IMG/VR virus record: IMGVR_UViG_3300007513_000007
Span: 96,001 to 160,000 of that record
Length of the DNA: 64,000 nucleotides
Direction: 5' to 3' (one strand)
Source: a virus
Both the position numbers and the translations under genes were made by a program. This document shows, piece after piece, positions 1 through 8,537 of the stretch; position 1 is the stretch's first letter, and each line of letters opens with the position of its first letter. The notes beneath the pieces were generated by a model. It saw only the letters and a list, made by a program, of their open reading frames with translations. It made no database searches and was not told where the DNA came from.

Positions 1-168
1 CCCGTCAGGCGTGATCCAGGTGTTCCCTCCGCAAGCTGACCCTTGCGGGACCGATACGCTCGCATACTTGAGGGCCTCCCCGAGTCGCGTCTCCGGGACC
101 ACGACCACCAGATGATCAACGTGTCCAGATTCGCGCAAGGTTCTTCCCATACAATGGCCGATGCTCAT
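1..168 (-). CDS. hypothetical protein, partial (runs off the window start)
   Basis: ATG at 168 overlaps the upstream gene's TGA (ATGA) and is preceded by GAGGAGG; frame is open to the window edge (MSIGHCMGRTLRESGHVDHLVVVVPE...). Confidence 0.6.
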   Translation of the reverse strand, partial: MSIGHCMGRTLRESGHVDHLVVVVPETRLGEALKYASVSVPQGSACGGNTWITPDG

Positions 169-1202
169 GCTTCCTCCTCGGGGAGCAGAAGTGCGCCCCA
201 TCCGTACTGGCGGTCAGCGATGGCGTTGATAGCCCTGACTTCCAGAATGTAAGCCTTGTTCTTGTCGAGACGCAGGAGTTCCCCGTTCTCGCCACCAATC
301 AAGTCCAGGGTGAGTGTTTCCGCTGCGGCGGTTGCGGGCGAAAAGGAATCACTCACCTCGTCACACCCGTACACCTCAACCGTCCATACGGCCTTGAGTG
401 CTTTCTCCGCATCCTTTACATCGCCCTTGCCCACCTTGTAGCCCGCTTTCTTGAACTGTTGTGTCATCAGTTCCTCGACCACGGGCCGCAAAGACCTGCG
501 CCCTTGGGTGGTAGCGATGGCGAGATACGCAGCCTTCTGGCGTTCTTCTTGGGTCAAGGCTGCAAGTGCGACAGGTGAAGGCTTTGCCACCTCTCTCAAG
601 GTTGGAAGGGTTCCAGCCTCATACCCCTTCACACCAAGAGGAGGGGCTGGGAGGGCGTCCTTCGCGGTCTGGACAAGGGCCTGAACCTCTGGGTCGTCCT
701 CCCCCCTGGACTCCAGCAAAGCCTTCACCGTTGTCTGCTGCCGGTCATAAAGCTGCTGGTACTCTTTCCGGGCGCTGCGAAGCTCTTGGGCAACCTCGTC
801 GGATGCTTGTTGGAGCATGACACCCAAGGCGATGGGATCAGGCGAGATTGTGTGTACCGGGACTGCTGGGGTGCCTCCTTCGGGGAGAGGGCCTACACGG
901 TACTCTGGGGCATCCCCGTCGATGCTGCACCGCTCCTTGATAGCGGCTTCCATGAGGGGGTTCACAATGGTACTGCCATTGTCATGCTCAAGGGTGGTAG
1001 GGGCAGCAGGACCTCCAACTTGGACAAGGGACCCCAGGGACTCTGCCTTGTCGGGGTTCTTTGCCAGCAGACCTGCAATCAGCACGGCTGCTTCCATCGG
1101 GGTGTGTTCGCCCCTCTTGGCAGCTTCCATAATCTCCGCTGCTCCGGGCAGCCCCATCACCAACTCGTTGGCTTGGTTCAGCAGCTTCATCGAGTCACTC
1201 AT
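165..1202 (-). CDS. hypothetical protein (~345 aa)
   Basis: Long ORF; start moved to ATG 1202 (MSDSMKLL), which has a strong SD (GGGAGGAGAGG) and overlaps the upstream stop by 8 nt. Confidence 0.8.
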   Translation of the reverse strand: MSDSMKLLNQANELVMGLPGAAEIMEAAKRGEHTPMEAAVLIAGLLAKNPDKAESLGSLVQVGGPAAPTTLEHDNGSTIVNPLMEAAIKERCSIDGDAPEYRVGPLPEGGTPAVPVHTISPDPIALGVMLQQASDEVAQELRSARKEYQQLYDRQQTTVKALLESRGEDDPEVQALVQTAKDALPAPPLGVKGYEAGTLPTLREVAKPSPVALAALTQEERQKAAYLAIATTQGRRSLRPVVEELMTQQFKKAGYKVGKGDVKDAEKALKAVWTVEVYGCDEVSDSFSPATAAAETLTLDLIGGENGELLRLDKNKAYILEVRAINAIADRQYGWGALLLPEEEA

Positions 1203-2298
1203 CCTCTCCTCCCTTCTGATGAGTACCCCCACCCATCGTTATTCGACCCCCCGGCTCGATTTTTCGCTCGCGGGGATTCCTCACCACAGGGGTAGGGGCA
1301 GCCCAATCATCAACGGACGACGGTGCTGTAGGGCCTCCCACCATAAGACCCTCGGAAGGGATGGTGGTGTTTCTGGCCCTGCCCATAAATCCTGCGGGGG
1401 CTTCCCGTGTAGGAGGCTTCGGAGCCTTTTCCCGAATGGGGGCAGCCGGTTGTTCTTGAGGGGCGTTGTTCAAGCGTTGTTGAATGTCGATGACATGCTT
1501 GCAAAGTGTTCGCTTGAACACAAAAGCGGGACAAGAACACGACCACGACCCGTCATCAAAGCAACGCACATCATAGATGTCCCCAGAGTCACCTCGAACC
1601 CTCCAAAAACCAGTTTCAAGCTGGGTTTCATCCTGAGTCGGTTCGTTATCGCTATCTGATTCGGGCTGCTCGTGCTGCTCGTGTTCTGATTCAGGCTCAT
1701 GCTGCTCTGGTTCCGGTTCTGGAGGAGGCTGGAGCTTCAGACGCAGACCTTCGGCGGCTCGCAGCACAGTCTTGCGATCCTCTTTCGTACCGCCCATTTC
1801 GAGAGGGGACAGCAAGAAGTCGATTTCTTCAATCGTCGTCGCATCCCGCAGTCTCCGTACCGCCTGCTTCGCATTGAGTTCCTTTAGCGGATGGTTCTTG
1901 GGGGGTTCAGGTTCAGGTTCAGGCTCTGGTTCAGGCTTGATTGGAACCGCCATCCCCACCATTTCGGCGGCGGCCTTGCCGATTTCCTCCTCCGTAGGGA
2001 TGCTCCAATCCCCTTTCTGGGCACTCACTTCAAGGGCAAGCGCACTCTGAACCATGTCTTGAAAGTCAACTTCACGGATCGCATCGAACCTTGAATCGGA
2101 TTCCGATGCAAACCTCGGATTTTCCAGGAGCACGTCCTTCTGGGTCAACATCCGCTTGGTCCAGAGGGTTTGGGACTGGACAGAGTTCACACACCCAGGA
2201 TTGAGGCAGCTACCACAGAACAGCTTCTTGAACGCAGCGGGGGATTCTTTCCGATGATCTCCGCTGTAACACTCGTCCCATAGATCACGGGAGTTCAT
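1195..2298 (-). CDS. SWIM zinc-finger domain protein with Pro/Glu-rich linkers
   Basis: SWIM signature YDV...WSCSCPAF..KRTLCKHV; N-terminal CGSCLNPGC cluster; PEPEPE repeats; ATGA overlap with upstream gene. Confidence 0.8.
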   Translation of the reverse strand: MNSRDLWDECYSGDHRKESPAAFKKLFCGSCLNPGCVNSVQSQTLWTKRMLTQKDVLLENPRFASESDSRFDAIREVDFQDMVQSALALEVSAQKGDWSIPTEEEIGKAAAEMVGMAVPIKPEPEPEPEPEPPKNHPLKELNAKQAVRRLRDATTIEEIDFLLSPLEMGGTKEDRKTVLRAAEGLRLKLQPPPEPEPEQHEPESEHEQHEQPESDSDNEPTQDETQLETGFWRVRGDSGDIYDVRCFDDGSWSCSCPAFVFKRTLCKHVIDIQQRLNNAPQEQPAAPIREKAPKPPTREAPAGFMGRARNTTIPSEGLMVGGPTAPSSVDDWAAPTPVVRNPRERKIEPGGRITMGGGTHQKGGEDE

Positions 2299-2606
2299 CG
2301 GCGCTTCCCGAAACGACCGCGACTCAACATGTTGGTTGGAGGCTGTACGGTATCTACAGCCCTCTCCAGCTTCGGGCCGTGGCCTTCAGGTAGCGCGAAC
2401 TTACAACTGGGGCACTTGTCCTGACTCATCTTCATCAGGCCACAGACGCGCTTCCATGTCTTGACGTGTTCGTAGCGATGTTCAGAAACATGAGGTCGTA
2501 CCGCCTCCGGGTCCGGGCCGTACCCAAACACTTCTTTGGGAGGCCAGATTTTTCCGTTCTGGCAAAACGTGCCGTCCTCCAGCGTTCCCATCTTGTCACG
2601 AGGCAT
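2295..2606 (-). CDS. small Cys-containing hypothetical protein (~103 aa)
   Basis: Start moved to ATG 2606 (MPRDKMG), SD GGAGGG; C...C...CPSC pattern suggests metal binding. Confidence 0.65.
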   Translation of the reverse strand: MPRDKMGTLEDGTFCQNGKIWPPKEVFGYGPDPEAVRPHVSEHRYEHVKTWKRVCGLMKMSQDKCPSCKFALPEGHGPKLERAVDTVQPPTNMLSRGRFGKRR

Positions 2607-2925
2607 CTTTTCCCTCCAAAGCCATCCTGTACTCTCCCCGCTTCTCCCGAAGCGAGCCAAGACGACCCTGCAAGGTAGAGTACAGCGCGTCATCACCGTA
2701 CCCAAGAAGCTCCAACACCCCCTCCAATGTAGCGATCTCGGCATCCGTTCTGGACAGCTTCAGTGCCACCTTGGCTCTGCTTCTGATTTCCAAGGGGATG
2801 ACACCCAACCGCTCGGCTTCGACAGACCATGCCAGAATCTCTGCCATAGCCTCTGAAAGAACGCTCAAATCCGCTTCAAGTTGGCGAACCTGGGATTCCA
2901 GCTTGGCGATGTTGTCAGACATCAC
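2596..2925 (-). CDS. hypothetical coiled-coil protein
   Basis: ORF coupled to the polymerase stop (GTGA overlap); heptad-like helical sequence. Confidence 0.7.
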   Translation of the reverse strand: MMSDNIAKLESQVRQLEADLSVLSEAMAEILAWSVEAERLGVIPLEIRSRAKVALKLSRTDAEIATLEGVLELLGYGDDALYSTLQGRLGSLREKRGEYRMALEGKDAS

Positions 2926-5666
2926 AAACCCTCGTGTCGAGCAACGATCTGGAACTCGATAAAAGACACCCGCACCTCTTCGTTTAGAAGATCAATACCG
3001 CCATCAGTCTCGATTCGGAGAGTGTCGGTCCCCCTCCCCGCACAGGAATCAATGACACGAGCAAGCCTTTCAGCGGTCGTGAGTGTCAGCTTATGGGAGG
3101 GCACACGGTAGACGTGGACCTCCCCGCCCCCGTTCTCGGAAATATCTTGGGGGAGTGTCTTCCCTTTTCCGTTCACCACTTCGGGTTTTGGATCACTTTG
3201 CACAGCCGTTGGTTGGGGGGCAGGTGCCTCGCCATCAACCGGAGTGCCTCCTTTTTCCAGGTAGGTGGCGTACTTGGTAGGGAAAACCGACACCAACCGA
3301 GGTGTCCAGTTGCCTCCTCCCTGGTTGTTCTCCATTTCAGTGAGGTTGTTAGGAACAGTCCAGTTGCCGCCAAACTCAATGTCTACCTTGAGTGGGATCA
3401 GCCACGGGAGGTTGCAAGAGGTCTTGTTGACCATGACGTCTTCGATGAGGATCACCGCCTCTTCCGCGACAGCCTCCTCGATCTCAAAGACCAACTCATC
3501 ATGGATGGTGACGGTCATGAGGACCTTCTTCAGCCACCCCCGCTTCTTGATTTCCCGGTAAAGGAGCGCCATCGCCAACTTCATGATGTCGGCACTGGTC
3601 CCCTGCACGGGGCCGTTCACACTGTTCCGCTCTGCTTTGGCACGGAAGCCGCCCATCTCATGGTCGATGTCAGGGAGGGGGTACTTCCTTCCAAATGCAG
3701 TGGTGACGTACTTCTGCTTCTTGGCGGTCTTGTGCTGGAGCCTCCACCACTGCCGAAGGCCGGTGTAGGTCTTGTCGAACTGCCTCTTGATTCGGTGGCC
3801 CTCTTCCTTGTCCACTCCGACTGCACGCTGGGCCGCCATCCCACCGCCGCCGTAGCACATGGCGAAGTTGAGGGCCTTTGCGTTCTGCCGCTTCTGCTTG
3901 AAACCGCTCCCAGAGCGGCTGTCATCACCGTAGATGGAGAGGGCCGTCAGTGTGTGGAGGTCACCAATCTTATCGGAACCGCAGTCAGGACAGAAGGGAG
4001 GCGGCCTCTGGCCTTTCTCAAACTTTCGGTCGCAGGAGGAGCAGCGGAAGAACTCCGTGATCCATTTCGGCTCGCCAGAGATGTTCGTGACAATCCGAAG
4101 CTCCACACCCGAGTAGTCGATGGCGAAAAGGATGCGGCCCGGTCGAGCAGTCAAGCATTCTCGCATCCGAAGCAGGCATGAAGGCTTGGACTTGTCATAG
4201 GTGGCTGGGATGCTGTGAAGGTTCCACCGCACCTGCCCGTTGAAACTCTTCTTGTTTGGGGCGGGGGTGCTGAATCGCCCCGTATCCACTTTGTGGGCGT
4301 TGAATCCAACCCAGATGCACCCGTCTGGAGCGCGTTGGGTGCTGGTGTCGAGCCACACAGGGAACAGGTTGGAGGACAATCCCTTGGCTACTTCCCGGAA
4401 CCTCTTGACCTTGGCCATGAAAGGAAACTGGTCACCTGCGTTGTCAATCACCCTTTCAAGCTCGTCCTTGGAGGTCTTCACCTGCCCGCTCTTTTCCGTA
4501 GGGCGCAAGCCTTGAACCTTCAACTCCCGCATCATCAAGCCGAGGTTGGCCGGGATTGTCACGTCATAGATTGCTGGGAAAGTGACTGATTCCTGGAGTT
4601 TAGGATTGGTGAGCGAAGGTACTGACTTGGAGATGGGAGGAGGGGTTTCAAAAGGTACTTGGGTAGCCCGCTCTCGCACCTCCATGTAGTTGGGTCGGAT
4701 AGTGGTGGGGTCGAAAGCGGTTTCCGAACCGTCCCCTTCCAACATGACCCGAAACCAGCCTGGGCGAATATCGCGCCCGAGAAGCTCCGACCCATCCCGA
4801 TACACTTCCTTCAAGCACTCCATCCATTCGGCTTGACCGATTCGGATAAGCTCCTCGATCTTGTCTCGGTCAACATGGATACGGCACCGCTCCATCCACC
4901 GGGTAGCGGTCACACACCCCTTCTCCAAGGCATAGATGGTGGACTGGCTGCGCTGGTGGTCGTCTTTGTTCACCACCGTTGGGTGCAGAATATGGAAGAG
5001 CCGCAGAGTGCAGATGGCATCGGCAGCGGCGTACCACACCGTCGGTTCCCATTCGGGGTCCAATGTAGAGAAGTCCAGGAACCCCTTGCGGCGCTTTTCA
5101 ACAGGGAAAAGCTCCTTCAACTCGATCATCTCCATGCCGAGTTCGTTTTTGGAGAGGGCCTTCAGCCCTTTGTTCCTCTCTCTGGTGTTCCGAAGGTAAG
5201 CGAGGATGAACGTGTCCTCCCACTTCTTCGGGTTGTCCCATTCCCCGATAGGTCCGTAGTCATCGTGCTGAAGGAACTCTTGGTCAAACTTGCCGTTGTG
5301 GAAGACCGCTACCGCATCTGATTCGACCAACCTCTTCACGGCCTCTGCAACCAACCGGGGAGGGACGTTGGCTTCAGTCTCCTTGTGTCTGACGGGGATG
5401 TAGTAGCCCGTGTCAGGGTTGGGAGAGATGCAGTACCCCACGATCTTATCGTTCGTGTAGGGGGAGCCGTCGTCACTGTAAAAGACCCGTGCATCCAGGC
5501 CAGTGGTTTCCAGGTCCAGGCCGTACACTCCTGCTTCGATGCACTCCTCTACGATCCGATCAAGGTCGGCAGTCGTGGCAAGAGACATAGTGACAGAATC
5601 CATCCACGGCTTCTTCTCCACCACGGGTTTTTCCATCTCTTGAAGCTGATCAAAGAAGTCCGACAC
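2922..5666 (-). CDS. polA: family A DNA polymerase with 3'-5' exonuclease; thumb insertion, C4 zinc-ribbon insertion and C-terminal extension
   Basis: ExoI DLETTGLD, ExoII FHNGKFD, ExoIII YAAADA; motif A DYSGVELR, motif B RQNAKALNFAMCYG, motif C TIHDEL; GTG 5666 has SD GGAGG (track start is TTG 5687). Confidence 0.95.
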   Translation of the reverse strand: MSDFFDQLQEMEKPVVEKKPWMDSVTMSLATTADLDRIVEECIEAGVYGLDLETTGLDARVFYSDDGSPYTNDKIVGYCISPNPDTGYYIPVRHKETEANVPPRLVAEAVKRLVESDAVAVFHNGKFDQEFLQHDDYGPIGEWDNPKKWEDTFILAYLRNTRERNKGLKALSKNELGMEMIELKELFPVEKRRKGFLDFSTLDPEWEPTVWYAAADAICTLRLFHILHPTVVNKDDHQRSQSTIYALEKGCVTATRWMERCRIHVDRDKIEELIRIGQAEWMECLKEVYRDGSELLGRDIRPGWFRVMLEGDGSETAFDPTTIRPNYMEVRERATQVPFETPPPISKSVPSLTNPKLQESVTFPAIYDVTIPANLGLMMRELKVQGLRPTEKSGQVKTSKDELERVIDNAGDQFPFMAKVKRFREVAKGLSSNLFPVWLDTSTQRAPDGCIWVGFNAHKVDTGRFSTPAPNKKSFNGQVRWNLHSIPATYDKSKPSCLLRMRECLTARPGRILFAIDYSGVELRIVTNISGEPKWITEFFRCSSCDRKFEKGQRPPPFCPDCGSDKIGDLHTLTALSIYGDDSRSGSGFKQKRQNAKALNFAMCYGGGGMAAQRAVGVDKEEGHRIKRQFDKTYTGLRQWWRLQHKTAKKQKYVTTAFGRKYPLPDIDHEMGGFRAKAERNSVNGPVQGTSADIMKLAMALLYREIKKRGWLKKVLMTVTIHDELVFEIEEAVAEEAVILIEDVMVNKTSCNLPWLIPLKVDIEFGGNWTVPNNLTEMENNQGGGNWTPRLVSVFPTKYATYLEKGGTPVDGEAPAPQPTAVQSDPKPEVVNGKGKTLPQDISENGGGEVHVYRVPSHKLTLTTAERLARVIDSCAGRGTDTLRIETDGGIDLLNEEVRVSFIEFQIVARHEGL

Positions 5667-5694
5667 TTTCCCTCCGCAGGATAGCAATACCCAT

Positions 5695-6288
5695 TCACTT
5701 GGCCTGTCCGACCCCCAGCACCTCTTTTGCAGACCGCAAAATCTTCAGGAACAAGACATCAGCTTGCCGGTCGTCTATTGACTCCTTCTGGTGCAGGTAA
5801 GCAACCTTGTCGAAGGCTTCCCAGAGAGCCGCTGATTTCTCCATTGTCAGCGACTTTTCTCGGGTCAACTCCAGGACAAACCGCTCCACTCTTCGCCGGG
5901 TCTCCTCAACATCAGGGCCGCTGTGGAGGGCACCCTCCACTTTCTTGGACAAGGATTCCCATGAATCCCCTGCTTCCCACGGGAGTGCAGGCAGGCCGTA
6001 CCGTGCTTCAAGCATCTTCAAGGCGTCACCGAATCCGACACCCTCTTTCTCTCGAACCAGGGTGATGGCGTCCCGTGTTTGCCCGCAGGCAAAGCAATAG
6101 AAGCTCGCTGAATCAGGGTAGACCCGTGCGGAAGGCTTGGTGTCGTGACCATCCCCGTGAAGATCACAAGAGAACTGCTGCTCCCTGTCCCCACCTTCGG
6201 GGAAAACCGCGTACCCGTAGTCAGCCAGCACTTGGACTATGGGGATTTCTTCTCTGATTCGGTCGGCTCTGCGCCTGCCCCTACTCAT
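5695..6288 (-). CDS. stand-alone CHC2 zinc-finger protein (DnaG primase zinc-binding domain, no TOPRIM)
   Basis: FSCDLH...KPSARVY...FYCFACG..DAITLV..KEGVGFGDAL matches zf-CHC2; start ATG 6288 with SD GGGGAGG, overlapping the upstream stop. Confidence 0.85.
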   Translation of the reverse strand: MSRGRRRADRIREEIPIVQVLADYGYAVFPEGGDREQQFSCDLHGDGHDTKPSARVYPDSASFYCFACGQTRDAITLVREKEGVGFGDALKMLEARYGLPALPWEAGDSWESLSKKVEGALHSGPDVEETRRRVERFVLELTREKSLTMEKSAALWEAFDKVAYLHQKESIDDRQADVLFLKILRSAKEVLGVGQAK

Positions 6289-6943
6289 CCTCCCCACCCA
6301 CCTGCTTGAAGTACCGGGAAGCCCCTCCCGTGTCGGGGGGCCTGTAAACATGCGCTCCACCATCGTCGTCAGAACGATAGCTGTACCCGCTTCTTTTCGG
6401 TTGGTGTGTGACTCCCCACGAAGGACACTCCCCTGATTGGGCGTCCAGGGCTTTTACCGGACAACCCGGCTCGCAGATCCAGTTGGCTACGGATTCGTTT
6501 CCCTCAATATCCCCGTAAGCGGCTCCTGCAACCTCAGTGCTACCGCGCCAACCCGCCGAATATATGTCTTTCCCCTTCCCTTCCAGACCGCATTCTTTCT
6601 TGCCGCCTGTAGCTCCCCGCTTGTCTCCTTTGACCTTGCGCGTGCCCTCACACCGACACCCTGGAAGGTGCTGGAGGATGAGGTTTCCAGGCCACCTTCC
6701 CGTAGGCTGCTCGTAGTCAGCGAAGCCTCGGCGCATCGCCTGGGAGTCGCCCTTACGTTGAGAGGTCCACAAGTCGTAGCCCCCACCGCGAGGCGCGGGG
6801 TTCTTGGCGTAGGCCCCGCCGTCGAGGCTGTCCTGGGTGGAGATCCTGGAGGCGTCGATGTTCAGGCCCCCACACCCATGCTTCAGGGTGTTGGAGGCGA
6901 CGGTCCCGGACAGGGGTTTACGCAGAACGTGGACAACCTTCAC
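6281..6943 (-). CDS. stand-alone central segment of a phage N4/N6 DNA methylase (no catalytic or SAM-binding motif)
   Basis: RKPLSGTVASNTLKHGCGGLNIDASRI, GRWPGNLIL, CPVKALDAQSG and GGASRYF are typical of that segment; no DPPY and no FxGxG. Confidence 0.7.
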   Translation of the reverse strand: MKVVHVLRKPLSGTVASNTLKHGCGGLNIDASRISTQDSLDGGAYAKNPAPRGGGYDLWTSQRKGDSQAMRRGFADYEQPTGRWPGNLILQHLPGCRCEGTRKVKGDKRGATGGKKECGLEGKGKDIYSAGWRGSTEVAGAAYGDIEGNESVANWICEPGCPVKALDAQSGECPSWGVTHQPKRSGYSYRSDDDGGAHVYRPPDTGGASRYFKQVGGEDE

Positions 6944-6944
6944 C

Positions 6945-8537
6945 TCAACCCCCAGTGATCTGTTCTACAAGGGCTTGCTCATCAACCTTCCCGTCAATGG
7001 CGTCCCCAGCTTTCCGCGCTGCTTCAGGAGTCACGTCATGAGTGGTCACAAGCCTCCTGCAATCCCACACGATCCCAGAATAGAAGTCAGCGAAAGGTTC
7101 GTCGTCCCGTGACTTCAGGCATTGGAGCTTCAACAGCCCCTTCCCAGCGAGTTCTGTGTCAATCCAGCCTGCGGTTACGATGTCAGAGGACCGTTCCGCT
7201 TCGTTGGCATAGGACAGGTGGGTGAGGTTGTAGGCACCGCCATTCTTTTCTGCGTTCTTGTAGCCTTCACGGTTGATCTGGAACAGGGACACCACAGCAA
7301 TCCCAGCGCCCCGGTTGAAGGACATAGCCAAACGCTTCAGATCACGAATCACCTCATTGAGATTCTCTGTGGTCGAGCGGTGCCTGTGCCTGGGGGACAT
7401 CAGGCCCGCGTGATCCGCAATAATCATCGAGACTTGAGGATCTTTTGAGTGGATGAGTTCAGACTTCGACTTCAAATCAGTAACAGTGAAGTCTGACTTG
7501 TCGGGGTCAGCCACCTCAATATGGATGGAGCCGTAGTTGTTGGCGCGGTCATTGAAGTCTGGAACAACATGCTCCATCAGGAACTTTCGCTCTGGACGGT
7601 TGGGGTCCTTGCAGCCGTCAACCAGACCTTCCCGCTCTTCCTCGGACATCTTCTCCAGCACGTCGGGAGCGAGGGTGTCCAACTCCCCATCCCGGATCCG
7701 TTGGTAGGAGACGCACCTTCCAATCCCCAACTCCTTTCGTACCTCATGGAACTTGTCATGGGCCGAGTGAAGTGCGTACAGGATGCGGCGAACTTGTTGG
7801 TAGGGCATCTCCAGGGAGAAGAAAATGGAAGAGTGTCGGTAGTGGACGGCTTGGTTGTAGACCCAGTTGAGAGCGAGGGTGCTCTTGAGTCCCCCAGTGA
7901 AAGCAGCGTGAGTCCAGAGTTCTCCTCGTTTGGCCCCTTTCAAGGCTACATCCATCTGCTCCAAGCCTGTGAACTGCCCGATACCAGCGAGAGGGTCTGA
8001 TTCAACCCTCTCGTACTCCTTGACGAAGGAATCCCCGTCGGCAGTGACCTCGCCCGAAAGGCGCACCCCGGTCGCAGGCATCACAACCTCATGGCCTCGG
8101 TCCAGGATGTACCGGATGGCACTGGCAGGACCACGGAGCAGCCGTTCCTCACGGCCTTCTTTGATAGTGATTCCCGTGTCTACAATCCGTGCTGCTTCGC
8201 GCAGAACCTCTGAAACGATTCGTACCCTGCGATCCTCTGCCCGAGCCTCCAGAATGCGGAGGAAGTCGCCTTGTGTGCGTGAGGGGACGACCGACAAGGC
8301 ATCGAGCCGGTCCACCACCTCGACTTCGCGCACACTGGTGAAGTGGTTTCGTAGGGTAGTCGCGTCAGGAACGTGGTGGTACTGGTCCCGAAAATCCAGG
8401 ACGTAGCTCCAGAGGGCGTTGTCTTCAGGGTTGTCGAACCCAAGCCCTGAATCACGGAGAGCCTGCATATTCCGCAGGAACAACTCCTTATCGTCGGTTG
8501 CCTCCGCGATGAACGTGGAGCGAAGCAGTGTCTTCAC
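6945..8537 (-). CDS. dnaB: DnaB-like (SF4) replicative helicase
   Basis: Walker A variant AFTGGLKST, FFSLEM, Walker B IIADH, LFQINREG, NEAERSSD, KSRD. Confidence 0.88.
   Translation of the reverse strand: MKTLLRSTFIAEATDDKELFLRNMQALRDSGLGFDNPEDNALWSYVLDFRDQYHHVPDATTLRNHFTSVREVEVVDRLDALSVVPSRTQGDFLRILEARAEDRRVRIVSEVLREAARIVDTGITIKEGREERLLRGPASAIRYILDRGHEVVMPATGVRLSGEVTADGDSFVKEYERVESDPLAGIGQFTGLEQMDVALKGAKRGELWTHAAFTGGLKSTLALNWVYNQAVHYRHSSIFFSLEMPYQQVRRILYALHSAHDKFHEVRKELGIGRCVSYQRIRDGELDTLAPDVLEKMSEEEREGLVDGCKDPNRPERKFLMEHVVPDFNDRANNYGSIHIEVADPDKSDFTVTDLKSKSELIHSKDPQVSMIIADHAGLMSPRHRHRSTTENLNEVIRDLKRLAMSFNRGAGIAVVSLFQINREGYKNAEKNGGAYNLTHLSYANEAERSSDIVTAGWIDTELAGKGLLKLQCLKSRDDEPFADFYSGIVWDCRRLVTTHDVTPEAARKAGDAIDGKVDEQALVEQITGG

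Noticed and set aside
480-560. IATTQGRRSL resembling the N-terminal motif of some large-phage capsid proteins
   Set aside because: Too short and no other capsid features are present
1660-1935. PEPEPE / EHEQ low-complexity repeats
   Set aside because: Ordinary disordered linker coding, not an independent element
2922-8537. Inteins or introns in polA or dnaB
   Set aside because: The insertions are short, lack C/S...HN intein ends and homing-nuclease motifs, and the frames are uninterrupted
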